From Desulfuromonadales bacterium (GTDB lineage Bacteria > Desulfobacterota > Desulfuromonadia > Desulfuromonadales > SZUA-540): 64,000 nt of DNA. Shown here one piece after another: positions 33,195 to 45,976 of this stretch. The position numbers were made by a program, and so were the translations under genes. Under the pieces are notes generated by a model. That model searched no databases and was not told where the DNA came from. It saw only the letters and a list, made by a program, of their open reading frames with translations. The DNA lies in assembly GCA_033549025.1 (NCBI GenBank), contig JAWSUS010000006.1, positions 1-64,000 of the forward strand, written 5' to 3'. Within the stretch, counting starts at the first letter, position 1; the number at the start of each line of letters is the position of its first letter.

Positions 33195-35246
33195 ATGAAA
33201 AACACCCTGGAAAAGCGAATCCTTTTATTTGCCTTTCTTGTTTTGACCCTGACCATTCTGGTAAATACGGGGTTCAACATTGAAGGATTCCGGCGTGACT
33301 ATCGGGACGGCATCGTCCTTCGCTGTCAGAACCTTGCCGGAGAGCTGAAGAGCTCTATCGAAAACGTGGTGGCCCTCGGTGTGCCCATGGAGGAACTTGA
33401 TGGCCTCAACGCGCGCTTTCAGGGAATAGTCACCACCGACCCCGACATTATTTACTGCTTTCTGGAAGATCAGGGCGGTCAGCCACTTTTTGCCAACGAC
33501 CCCTCCTTTCACTTTATCAGCGGGGTGGATTTTACCTCTTCTTCCAGCACCGGCGTTTCTGTCGTCACCTTTCCGCAATGGGGTAAAACCTACGATGTCT
33601 CCCTGCCCATCAACAGTATCGGCGGTGAGACTGTCGGAACCATCCGTCTTGGCTTCCCTGATGCCGTGCTTGATGAAAAACTCGCCGCGGTCTATCAGCG
33701 CTCCATGGTCGTTCTCGGGTTCGCTTTTCTCATCGTATTTGCCCTGATCGTCGTTTTCGTCCGACGCCACCTCATCGGCCCCATTGACCGTCTCTGCTCC
33801 GTCGCCAAGGAAATTGCCTCTGGTCATTTTCGGGTCGCTATCCCCACCATGCCGACCCGTGACTTTGCCGAGCTGGCCACGGCCCTCAAAGATATGTCTA
33901 CCTCTTTGCAGGAACGGGATGAAAAGCTTCAGGAGGGCTATCAGGAGCTGGAATCCACCAATCTGGAACTGCAGAAATCCTACGAATATCAGGAAAAAAT
34001 CGGCACGGAACTGCGTCGAAGTCGTGAGATGTACCGTTCACTGCTTGAGGATGCGAGCGACGCGATCATGGTAACCGACGACGAGGATCGCGTCGTCCTG
34101 GTCAACAAAGCTGCCGAGATCTTTTTCGGGGTCAAGAAGGAGCGGGTCGAAGGAGCCAATTTCTTTTCTGTTCTGGAAATGCTGCATTGCGACCAGCTCG
34201 AAACCCTTTATGACATGCATCAGAGGATTCTCGCCGGCGAGACTCTTGAAGCGCAGATTGACTACATTCGACTCGATGACCAGCGTCCTGTCGTTGGCTG
34301 GGTGCGTGGGTCCCATGTCGTCGGGATGGATGGGCGACACATGGTGCAGACTATTGTCCGGGATGTCACCAAAGAGAAGGAGATCAAGGATAATCTGGAA
34401 AAGAGCGCTTGGGAACTGCAGCGCCTCAATCAGATGAAGGATTCCTTTTTGGGGGTGGCTTCTCATGAACTGAAAACCCCCCTGACGGTGATCGTTGGGT
34501 ACGCCGACTTGATTTTGAACGAAAAGATCGCCACGTTGGATGGGACGGTGGCAGCGATGATTCAGAATATCGCCGATGCCGCCCAGCGCCTTAGCGGCAT
34601 TGTCAGGGATATGGTCGACGTCTCCATGCTGGACAGTAAAAATATCCACCTGAAGACAACGCCCCACAATCTGAACCAGCTTGTTCGCCAGGCAACCAAA
34701 CCTATACTGCGTTCTTTTGAGCAGAGGAATCAGACCCTGGTCATGAACCTGCAGGAGGCGTTGCCGGATATCTACTGCGACGGCGAGCGTATGGTGCAGG
34801 TGGTCGGTAATCTTGTGGGGAATGCGCTTAAGTTTACCCCGGACGGCGGCAAGGTCTATGTAGAAACCCGTTTTCTCAAGACCCTTCGACCCCCCTTTAC
34901 CATTACGGCCGCAACCAGCCCCGGACTCTGTCCTTTGACTTCTTCACCCATGCCCTATGTGGAAATCGTCGTCCGAGATACGGGGATCGGCATCGCCCAG
35001 GCTGACCAGAATTACATCTTCGACAAATTTTATGAGGCCGGAACCATTGAAGAACATTCCAGCGGCAAGGTGTCTTTCAATGGGAAAGGGGCCGGTCTTG
35101 GCCTGGCGATTGTCAAAGGAATCATCAATATGCACGGTGGAGAAATCTGGGTCGAGAGTGCCGGGCATGACCCCGAAAATTGTCCGGGGAGCTCCTTCCA
35201 TGTCCTCCTGCCGCAGTATGGCGGTGCCGACCTGGTGCTTTCCTGA
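33195..35246 (+). CDS. Sensor histidine kinase (2 TM, periplasmic sensor, HAMP, PAS, HisKA, HATPase)
   Basis: SHELKTPL, NLVGNALKFT, DTGIGI, GAGLGLAIVKGI. Confidence 0.9.
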   Translation: MKNTLEKRILLFAFLVLTLTILVNTGFNIEGFRRDYRDGIVLRCQNLAGELKSSIENVVALGVPMEELDGLNARFQGIVTTDPDIIYCFLEDQGGQPLFANDPSFHFISGVDFTSSSSTGVSVVTFPQWGKTYDVSLPINSIGGETVGTIRLGFPDAVLDEKLAAVYQRSMVVLGFAFLIVFALIVVFVRRHLIGPIDRLCSVAKEIASGHFRVAIPTMPTRDFAELATALKDMSTSLQERDEKLQEGYQELESTNLELQKSYEYQEKIGTELRRSREMYRSLLEDASDAIMVTDDEDRVVLVNKAAEIFFGVKKERVEGANFFSVLEMLHCDQLETLYDMHQRILAGETLEAQIDYIRLDDQRPVVGWVRGSHVVGMDGRHMVQTIVRDVTKEKEIKDNLEKSAWELQRLNQMKDSFLGVASHELKTPLTVIVGYADLILNEKIATLDGTVAAMIQNIADAAQRLSGIVRDMVDVSMLDSKNIHLKTTPHNLNQLVRQATKPILRSFEQRNQTLVMNLQEALPDIYCDGERMVQVVGNLVGNALKFTPDGGKVYVETRFLKTLRPPFTITAATSPGLCPLTSSPMPYVEIVVRDTGIGIAQADQNYIFDKFYEAGTIEEHSSGKVSFNGKGAGLGLAIVKGIINMHGGEIWVESAGHDPENCPGSSFHVLLPQYGGADLVLS

Positions 35247-35337
35247 GATGAGGGGTTTTTGACCCCCTTTTCCCTTGCAGCGCGCGGATAATTTCGGTAT
35301 ATAGACTGCGCTTTCATCAGGCTTCGGGAGGTTTTTT

Positions 35338-36108
35338 TTGCGGGTATGTCTTCTCGCCAGCGGCAGCAAGGGCAACGCCATCTATGTGGAAAGCCGGCGC
35401 AGCCGCATTCTGATCGACGCCGGACTTTCTGCCAGAGAAATTCGCAAAAGACTTGCGGTTATTGGCGTCCATGCGGAGGACCTTGACGCCATTTTCGTGA
35501 CGCACGAACATAGTGACCATATCCGTGGTCTGGGGCCTCTGGCCCGGATGTGTCAGCTACCGGTCTACCTACACCACCAGACGCGTGCGGCCTTAAGCGA
35601 TATCGGGAGCTTGCCGATTGTCGAAGAGTTCGATGCCGGTGAAAATCTTGCATGGCGTGATCTGGCGATCCACAGCTTTCCTGTTACCCACGACTCGGTG
35701 GCTCCCGTAGGCTTTGTTATTGAAACGGACGAGGGAAAAGTCGGGGTCGCCACCGATCTCGGTATTGCCACCCGTCTGGTTTCGGATCGCCTTAAAAATT
35801 GCCGGGTCCTGATTCTGGAATCCAATCATGATGAGGATATGCTGCGGGATGGTCCCTATCCCTGGCCGCTCAAGCAGCGGGTACGCAGCAACCACGGGCA
35901 CCTGTCCAACAACGCGGCGGCTCACCTTCTGGAAAGCGTACTCTGGGAGGGGCTTGATGCCGTGTTTTTGGCCCATCTTAGTGAAACCAACAACCACCCC
36001 CAACTCGCCGAGAGGTGTGCCAGAGAGATCCTGGAAAGTCAGGACAGGTGCCGTCCTCATCTGGTTGTGGGAGCGCAGCACGAGACCAGTTTCTGCTACC
36101 AGGTCTGA
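35338..36108 (+). CDS. MBL-fold metallo-hydrolase (YycJ/WalJ-like)
   Basis: LASGSKGN, THEHSDH, LESNHD, GHLSN, AHLSETNN; GGGAGG RBS before a TTG start. Confidence 0.9.
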   Translation: MRVCLLASGSKGNAIYVESRRSRILIDAGLSAREIRKRLAVIGVHAEDLDAIFVTHEHSDHIRGLGPLARMCQLPVYLHHQTRAALSDIGSLPIVEEFDAGENLAWRDLAIHSFPVTHDSVAPVGFVIETDEGKVGVATDLGIATRLVSDRLKNCRVLILESNHDEDMLRDGPYPWPLKQRVRSNHGHLSNNAAAHLLESVLWEGLDAVFLAHLSETNNHPQLAERCAREILESQDRCRPHLVVGAQHETSFCYQV

Positions 36109-36193
36109 GTTGGGCTGCACGACAAGAATCGCCTTGATAGATCCGTTGCGCATCAGGGTGTATCAAAGAATGGATATTTGCTGAGGAGAAATT

Positions 36194-39175
36194 ATGGCCT
36201 GGAGAATTACGGTCGGTTTACAGGACGGTGTCAAAGATGCCCGTGGCGAAAGAATCCGACGTGAACTTAAAGAACATCTGGGAGTTGAACTCGACAGCGT
36301 CCGCACGGTGGATGTATACACCGTCGATGCCGAGCTGACCGACGCCGAGATCACGGCCGCTGCCGGCGGCCCCCTGTCCGACCCCGTTATCCAGGAGTAT
36401 GCCGTCAACCGGCCCGTGGCCCACGACTTTGACATCCTGATTGAAGTCGGTTTTCGCCCCGGAGTTACGGACAATGTCGGGCGTACCGCCAAGGAAGCCA
36501 TCCAGTATATTACGGGACGCCCCTTCCGTGGCGGCGAGGGGGTTTACACCTCGACCCAATACCTGCTGTGTGGTCAGATCGACAAAGCACTGGCCGAACG
36601 GGTCGCTGCTGAATTCCTGGCCAATGGTCTTATCCAGCGGTGGACCATCGTGTCATCCGCCGAATTCGATCGGGACAAGGGGATTGCGCCTTACGTCCCC
36701 AAGGTCGTCAGCGATGCCCGGGTGGAGGTCCGACAGATAAACCTCGATGTGTCCGATGAACAGCTGATGCAGATCAGCCGTGACGGCATGCTCGCCCTGA
36801 ATCTGGAAGAGATGAAAACGCTGCAGGCTTATGCGGCCTCGCCTGAAATCAAGGCGCGTCGAAAGGATGCCGGGCTGAGTGAATTGCTGACGGACGTCGA
36901 GCTCGAAGCGTTGGCGCAGACCTGGAGTGAGCACTGCAAGCACAAGATCTTTTCCGCCCGTATCGACTATGAAGACGAAAAGGGACAGCGGGAAAGCATC
37001 AATTCCCTGTTCAAGACGTTCATTGTCGGGGCGACCCGGGACATACGAGCCCAAAAAGGGGCGGGGGATTTTTGCCTGTCCGTCTTTAAGGATAACGCCG
37101 GTGTAATCCGATTCAATCAGGACTGGAGCCTCGTATTCAAGGTCGAAACACACAACTCGCCGAGTGCCCTGGACCCCTACGGCGGCGCCCTCACGGGGAT
37201 TGTAGGTGTCAACCGCGATCCTTTCGGTACCGGTATGGGGGCCCGCCTGATCTTCAATACCGATGTCTTCTGCTTTGCCTCCCCTTTCTACGACAAGCCG
37301 CTGCCCCCCCGGTTGCTGCATCCCCGCCGCATTTTCGAGGGGGTCGTTGAAGGGGTGGAACACGGCGGTAACAAGAGCGGGGTGCCGACGGTCAATGGCT
37401 CCATCGTCTTTGATGAACGGTTTGCCGGCAAGCCCCTGGTTTACTGCGGCACGGCCGCCATGATGCCGGCCCAGGTGAACGGTCAACCCGGCCACGAGAA
37501 AAAAGCGCAGGTGGGTGATCATATTGTTATGTGCGGCGGCCGCATCGGCAAGGACGGGATTCACGGCGCCACGTTCTCCTCCGAGGAATTGCACGAAGGC
37601 TCTCCCGTTACTGCCGTGCAGATCGGCGATCCCATCACCCAGAAGAAGATGTTCGACTTCCTGCTGATTGTCAGGGACCGGGGGCTTTACCATGCCATTA
37701 CCGATAACGGCGCTGGCGGTCTGTCTTCTTCCGTCGGCGAGATGTCGGAGGATACCGGCGGCTTCGAGCTTCATCTGGACCGCGCTCCTCTGAAATATCC
37801 CGGCCTGCAGCCCTGGGAAATCCTCATTTCCGAGGCTCAGGAACGCATGACGCTGGCCGTACCACCTGAGCATCTCGAAGAATTTATCGCGCTGGCCCGG
37901 GAGATGGATGTTGAGGCGACGGATCTGGGCCGCTTTACCGATTCCGGTTACTTTCACTGCCTTTACGAAGGGAAAACGGTGGCCTACCTTGATATACATT
38001 TTCTGCATGAAGGGGTGCCTCAGCTCGTCATTCCCGCGCGCTGGGAAATCAAATCCCGTCCGGAGCCGGCCTTGGCCGAAAATCCCAACCTGGCTGATTT
38101 GCTCGCCAAGTTGCTTGGCCGCCTGAATATCTGCTCGAAAGAATCGGTGGTACGGCGCTATGACCACGAAGTTCAGGCCGGCACGGTCATCAAACCGCTG
38201 CTGGGCGTGGCGAACGACGGTCCTTCGGATGCCGCTGTGGTCAGACCGCTGTTCGATTCTTTCGAGGGGGTGGTCGTGGCCCATGGTATCTGCCCGAGTT
38301 ACAGCGACATCGACACCTATCATATGATGGCCTGTGCCATCGACGAGGGTTTGCGAAACTATGTTGCCGTCGGCGGCGATATCGATCATGTGGCCGGGCT
38401 GGACAACTTCTGCTGGTGTGACCCGGTCAAGAGCGAGAAGACGCCCGATGGCGAATACAAGGCGGCCCAACTTGTGCGGGCCAACAAAGCTCTTTATGAC
38501 TATTGTGTCGCCTTTGGGGTCCCGCTGATCTCGGGCAAGGATTCCATGAAAAACGATTACCAGGTCGGGGATACCAAAATATCGATTCCGCCGACCGTCC
38601 TCTTTTCGGTGATCGGCAAAATCGATGATGTGCGCCAGGCCGTCTCCATGGATGTCAAGCGGGCCGGCGATCTGGTCTATCTCCTCGGTACAACCCGCAA
38701 TGAACTGGGTGGGTCGGAATATTATGCCCAGTTGGGGGCCATCGGTCAGACCGTTCCCCAGGTTGATGCCGAGGTGGCGCTACAGAGATACCGCAGCCTG
38801 AACCGGGCCCAGAAGGCCGGCCTGGTTGCCTCCTGTCACGATTTGTCCGACGGGGGGCTTGGTGTCGCGCTGGCGGAAAAAGCCTTCGCCGGCGGCTTCG
38901 GTATCCGGGCCGACCTTCGCCAGGTGCCGGCCGAAGAGTGCGGACGGGATGATATCCTGCTCTTCTCCGAGTCTCAGAGCCGCTTGCTGGTGACGGTCAG
39001 ACCGGCCGACAAGGATCGATTTGAAGAAATTTTCGCCGGTCAGGGCTTTGCCCTCATCGGTGAGGTGATTGAAAACCCTGTGCTGGAAATCACCGGCTGC
39101 GGTGGGCAGATGGTTCTCCAGGCCGATATTCAGGCACTGAAAGCGTCCTGGCAGGCGCCCCTCAAGGAGCTTTAA
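36194..39175 (+). CDS. purL: FGAM synthase synthetase subunit PurL with N-terminal PurS-like extension
   Basis: QTWSEHCKHK, KVETHNSPS, DNGAGG, ISGKDSM, HDLSDGG; no glutaminase domain. Confidence 0.93.
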   Translation: MAWRITVGLQDGVKDARGERIRRELKEHLGVELDSVRTVDVYTVDAELTDAEITAAAGGPLSDPVIQEYAVNRPVAHDFDILIEVGFRPGVTDNVGRTAKEAIQYITGRPFRGGEGVYTSTQYLLCGQIDKALAERVAAEFLANGLIQRWTIVSSAEFDRDKGIAPYVPKVVSDARVEVRQINLDVSDEQLMQISRDGMLALNLEEMKTLQAYAASPEIKARRKDAGLSELLTDVELEALAQTWSEHCKHKIFSARIDYEDEKGQRESINSLFKTFIVGATRDIRAQKGAGDFCLSVFKDNAGVIRFNQDWSLVFKVETHNSPSALDPYGGALTGIVGVNRDPFGTGMGARLIFNTDVFCFASPFYDKPLPPRLLHPRRIFEGVVEGVEHGGNKSGVPTVNGSIVFDERFAGKPLVYCGTAAMMPAQVNGQPGHEKKAQVGDHIVMCGGRIGKDGIHGATFSSEELHEGSPVTAVQIGDPITQKKMFDFLLIVRDRGLYHAITDNGAGGLSSSVGEMSEDTGGFELHLDRAPLKYPGLQPWEILISEAQERMTLAVPPEHLEEFIALAREMDVEATDLGRFTDSGYFHCLYEGKTVAYLDIHFLHEGVPQLVIPARWEIKSRPEPALAENPNLADLLAKLLGRLNICSKESVVRRYDHEVQAGTVIKPLLGVANDGPSDAAVVRPLFDSFEGVVVAHGICPSYSDIDTYHMMACAIDEGLRNYVAVGGDIDHVAGLDNFCWCDPVKSEKTPDGEYKAAQLVRANKALYDYCVAFGVPLISGKDSMKNDYQVGDTKISIPPTVLFSVIGKIDDVRQAVSMDVKRAGDLVYLLGTTRNELGGSEYYAQLGAIGQTVPQVDAEVALQRYRSLNRAQKAGLVASCHDLSDGGLGVALAEKAFAGGFGIRADLRQVPAEECGRDDILLFSESQSRLLVTVRPADKDRFEEIFAGQGFALIGEVIENPVLEITGCGGQMVLQADIQALKASWQAPLKEL

Positions 39176-39177
39176 TC

Positions 39178-40011
39178 ATGGCGAAAGAAGTCAGAGCCAT
39201 AGTGATTGCCGGCAACGGCACCAATTGCGAACGGGAAGTCGCTCACGCCTGCCGGCTGGCGGGGGCCGATGTCTGTGATATTGTCCACATCGCCGAACTT
39301 TTGGCCGGACGGGTCAGCCTCGACGATTACCACTTCCTCAACCTGGCCGGCGGGTTTCTCGACGGCGACGATCTCGGCAGCGCCAAGGCGGGTGCCAACC
39401 GCCTGCTTCAGGCGGCGGTCCGCGGCAGCGAGGAGCATCTGGTTGACCAGATTCAGCGCTTTGTCAAGGCCGGCAAACTGGTTATGGGCGTTTGCAACGG
39501 GTTTCAGTTGATGGTTAAAATGGGGCTGTTACCGGCCCTGGGCGGCGACTATCAGAAGCAGTCGGTCACCCTGACCTTTAACGATGGCGGCCGCTTCGAA
39601 GATCGCTGGACCTATCTCAAGGTTGACGAGGCGTCTCCCTGTGTTTTTACACGCGGTCTGCAGGGGATCTATCTGCCCGTGCGCCATGGTGAAGGCAAAC
39701 TGGTCGCTTCTTCACAGGCGGTCCTTGATGCTATTGAAGGCCAACACCTGGCGGTGCTAAAATACTGCAAAGAGGATTACCGGGACGCGACCATGGAGTA
39801 CCCCTGGAATCCCAATGGTTCGTCCCAGGCGATTGCCGGGCTCTGTGACGAGAGCGGCCGGCTTTTCGGGCTGATGCCCCATCCGGAGGCTTACGTGCAC
39901 CGCACACATCATCCCCGCTGGACCCGCGAGGAGGAACTGCCGGAGGAAGGGATGGGGCTGTGGCTCTACCAGAACGCCATCCGGTTCATCCGGGAGGAAT
40001 TGCTGGCTTAG
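39178..40011 (+). CDS. purQ: FGAM synthase glutaminase subunit PurQ
   Basis: GTNCE, GGFLDGD, GVCNGFQ, HGEG, GLMPHPE. Confidence 0.93.
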   Translation: MAKEVRAIVIAGNGTNCEREVAHACRLAGADVCDIVHIAELLAGRVSLDDYHFLNLAGGFLDGDDLGSAKAGANRLLQAAVRGSEEHLVDQIQRFVKAGKLVMGVCNGFQLMVKMGLLPALGGDYQKQSVTLTFNDGGRFEDRWTYLKVDEASPCVFTRGLQGIYLPVRHGEGKLVASSQAVLDAIEGQHLAVLKYCKEDYRDATMEYPWNPNGSSQAIAGLCDESGRLFGLMPHPEAYVHRTHHPRWTREEELPEEGMGLWLYQNAIRFIREELLA

Positions 40012-40126
40012 GCGGTTATTTAAGAAAGATGCCCCTGGCCTCGGCCCGAGACCAAGGATGTCTTGACGACGGGAAGTCCGGATTCCTTGGGGATTTTTCC
40101 AGGAACCAACGAGAAGGAGTGCTCAC

Positions 40127-41536
<1,410 letters not shown>

Positions 41537-41619
41537 ACAGACGGTTGAGTTAAGGCTGGCGGGAGCTCATGACTTTTCCCGTTCGTCTCTGGATTAATGA
41601 TTATTGACAGGAGGATGAT

Positions 41620-42177
41620 GTGACCCAGTCGGAGAGAAATGAATTGATGCAGATTGTTCGGGAGCTTTCCTATGAGGAAAGGGAAGTGACCCTGGCTTCC
41701 GGACGAAAGAGTAACTTTTATTTTGACGGCAAACAGACGACCCTGCACGCCAAGGGCGGCTTGCTGGTCGGCAAGGCCTTCTACGAAGAGGTCAAACAGT
41801 TTGAAGGTCGCATTGATGGGGTCGGGGGGCTCACTCTCGGTGCCGATCCTATCGCCACCGCAACTTCCATCGCCGCGTCACTGGCTGGTGAGAATATCCA
41901 CGCCTTTATTATTAGAAAAGAGCCTAAAGGGCACGGGACGGGCCAATGGCTGGAAGGTCGAAAAAACCTGCCTAAAGGTTCTCGTGTCGTTATCGTCGAA
42001 GACGTCACCACGACGGGTGGCTCTTCCATGAAGGCTGTTGAGCGGGCCCGGGAGGAGGGACTGGAGGTCGTCGGTATCGTGACCCTGGTGGATCGAGAAG
42101 AAGGGGCCCGGGATAATATTGAAAAGGAAGGGATCATCTTGCGGTCGGTCTTTACCCGCAGCCAGGTGGTCGGCTGA
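41620..42177 (+). CDS. pyrE: Orotate phosphoribosyltransferase
   Basis: TLASGRKS, RKEPKGHG, VEDVTTTGGS. Confidence 0.93.
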   Translation: MTQSERNELMQIVRELSYEEREVTLASGRKSNFYFDGKQTTLHAKGGLLVGKAFYEEVKQFEGRIDGVGGLTLGADPIATATSIAASLAGENIHAFIIRKEPKGHGTGQWLEGRKNLPKGSRVVIVEDVTTTGGSSMKAVERAREEGLEVVGIVTLVDREEGARDNIEKEGIILRSVFTRSQVVG

Positions 42178-42210
42178 TTTCTTCTGGGCCTCTTTACGTG
42201 GTTCCGAATC

Positions 42211-42247
42211 CAGCCCGTCCTCTTCGCAGGGGACGGGCTGTGTTTTT
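42211..42247 (+). terminator. Intrinsic terminator after pyrE
   Basis: CAGCCCGTCCTCT-TCGC-AGGGGACGGGCTG followed by TGTTTTT. Confidence 0.8.
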
Positions 42248-42269
42248 ATGGCGCCGACCTTCGTAAAAG

Positions 42270-43271
42270 TCAGTGGGTCCACAGAGGGGTTTCGGGTGCT
42301 GCTCCTCCCGACGGCGGACCTAATCCCGGCTGATTGATGCGGGCCAGAAATATTCTGACCAGGTCGGGGTCGAGAAAGGTCCCCGCCATGGATGCAATGA
42401 TGTCCATGGCTTCGTTCAGACTGTAGACCTGCTCCCGATATGGTCGACGGGTGGTGATGGCGTCGTAGACATCGGCAACAGTCACGATGCGTGCCTCCAG
42501 AGGGATGTCATCACCCTTGAGGCCAGAGGGATAGCCGAGACCATCATAGCGTTCATGGTGGTGAAGGATCGTGTTGATGACGCCGGCCTGCAGGTTGGCC
42601 TGTCTGGCCACTTCCGCACCCCAGGTAGGGTGCATTTTGAGGACTTCGAAGTCGGGGTGATCCAATTCGCCCTTGAAGTTCAGGATGTTTTCGGGAACCC
42701 CGATTTTGCCGCAGTCGTGAAGCCAGCTGCCGTGACGGATATGCATGAGCTGGTCTGGAGTCAGGTGCAGCGCCTTGCCGATCAGCAGGGCAAAGCCGGC
42801 GACGCGGTCGCAATGGCCTTTGGTATAGGGGTCTTTCAGCTCAATGGCTTGTCCGAGGGATCGAAGGGTCGCCTCGTCGGCTTCTTTAAGAGCCAATACG
42901 ACCTCGTGGCGGTAAAGGGCGTCTTTCATCGTCTGTCGCAGCGTTTCCGGTTCCCAGGGGCGAACAATAAGCCGAAAAATCTCGCCGCTGTTGAGGGCGG
43001 GCACCGATCGGGTCAGGTCGTTACTGTGGACGAGGAGGATTTTGACGGCATAGGGCGCGACGCTTTTCAGGCGCATCAGGGCTGAGGGGATATCGGGGGG
43101 AGGAATCACATCCCCGAGAACGATGGTGACTACCATTTCCCGATGCAGGACCTCCAAGGCTTGCTTCAGGCTTTCCGCCCTTCGTAGACGGATATCTTCA
43201 TCGGCAAAAAGAGGGGAGAGTGCCTCGGTTATTTTTACATCCTGGTCCAGAATCAAAATGACAGGGATCAT
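42270..43271 (-). CDS. HD-GYP phosphodiesterase with degenerate receiver domain
   Basis: KDPYTKGH, LHDCGK, HHERYDGLGYP, VADVYDA, RRPY. ATG at 43271 preferred. Confidence 0.88.
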   Translation of the reverse strand: MIPVILILDQDVKITEALSPLFADEDIRLRRAESLKQALEVLHREMVVTIVLGDVIPPPDIPSALMRLKSVAPYAVKILLVHSNDLTRSVPALNSGEIFRLIVRPWEPETLRQTMKDALYRHEVVLALKEADEATLRSLGQAIELKDPYTKGHCDRVAGFALLIGKALHLTPDQLMHIRHGSWLHDCGKIGVPENILNFKGELDHPDFEVLKMHPTWGAEVARQANLQAGVINTILHHHERYDGLGYPSGLKGDDIPLEARIVTVADVYDAITTRRPYREQVYSLNEAMDIIASMAGTFLDPDLVRIFLARINQPGLGPPSGGAAPETPLWTH

Positions 43272-43462
43272 AAGATTTCTTTCCGTCAGCAGAGAGGATG
43301 GATGATTTTTTATGGGTCGCTGAGCTCTTCGCTCTATTATAAGGCAGAAACAGCGACAGTAAACCATCTCCACCACATAAGAGGCAAGAACGGCCCGGCG
43401 GGTCGGTGAATCGGGATAAAGTTTTTCGATTTGCCTGCCATTCGAGGTCCATTTGACCTTCC

Positions 43463-43491
43463 TTGACAAGGTATTGGCGTTTGATTACTCT
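43463..43491 (+). promoter_or_regulatory. sigma70 promoter candidate for kdsB
   Basis: TTGACA-N17-TACTCT. Confidence 0.5.
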
Positions 43492-43528
43492 GTGCCCGAC
43501 TCTACGTTCGCGAAAGGACTTATCCCCT

Positions 43529-44278
43529 ATGGTTGTTACGGCGATTATCCCGGCCCGATTCGCTTCAACGCGTTTTCCCGGAAAACCTTTGGCAGACCTT
43601 ATGGGAAAGCCGATGATCCAGTGGGTTTACGAACGGACCATGCAGGCTGAAGTCGTTAACAGGGTCATTGTCGCTACCGACGACCGCCGCATATATGACG
43701 CGGTTCAGGCGTTCGGCGGTGAAGCTGCCATGACCCGCAGCGATCATCCCACGGGTACGGACCGTCTCGCCGAGGTTGCCTCTTCATTGAAGTGCGACCT
43801 CATCGTCAATGTGCAGGGAGACGAACCGCTCATCGAGCCAGCTATGATCGAAGCGGCCGTCAGGCCTCTTTTAAACGATCCCGCCATTGCCATGGGGACA
43901 CTGAAGACTCCCATACGGGATTCGCGGGAATGTTTAAGTTCCCATGTCGTGAAAGTGGTGACGGATCAGAACGACTTTGCGCTTTATTTCTCCCGATCGC
44001 TTATTCCTTTTCCTCGGGATTTTTATGACGAAATTGAGGCGAATCCCCTGAAGGTGGGAGCCTTTAAGCATATCGGGCTGTACGTTTACCGCCGGGATTT
44101 TCTGATAGACTATCCTCGTCTGGCTGTGACGCCGCTTGAGCGAACCGAAAGTCTCGAGCAATTGCGTGCTCTGGAACACGGGTACCGCATCAAAGTCGTG
44201 ACCACGGATTTGATTTCTCACGGCGTCGATACCCCGGAAGACCTGGATCGCGTTCGGGGGTTGCTGCAATCGTCTTGA
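43529..44278 (+). CDS. kdsB: 3-deoxy-manno-octulosonate cytidylyltransferase
   Basis: IIPARFASTRFPGKPL, NVQGDEP, ESLEQLRALE. Confidence 0.96.
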   Translation: MVVTAIIPARFASTRFPGKPLADLMGKPMIQWVYERTMQAEVVNRVIVATDDRRIYDAVQAFGGEAAMTRSDHPTGTDRLAEVASSLKCDLIVNVQGDEPLIEPAMIEAAVRPLLNDPAIAMGTLKTPIRDSRECLSSHVVKVVTDQNDFALYFSRSLIPFPRDFYDEIEANPLKVGAFKHIGLYVYRRDFLIDYPRLAVTPLERTESLEQLRALEHGYRIKVVTTDLISHGVDTPEDLDRVRGLLQSS

Positions 44279-44323
44279 CCGTACGCGAGGATTTGGGTTT
44301 CCTTTTTAACCCCATGCGTGTAA

Positions 44324-45976
<1,653 letters not shown>

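Noticed and set aside
35331..35340. T8 run at the MBL hydrolase start, and A9 runs in prsK, as phase-variation tracts
   Set aside because: Short runs in intact frames; no evidence of slippage from a single sequence.
43425..43440. sigma54-like TGGCAGG on the minus strand before the HD-GYP gene
   Set aside because: The -12 element (TCGA) is too degenerate.
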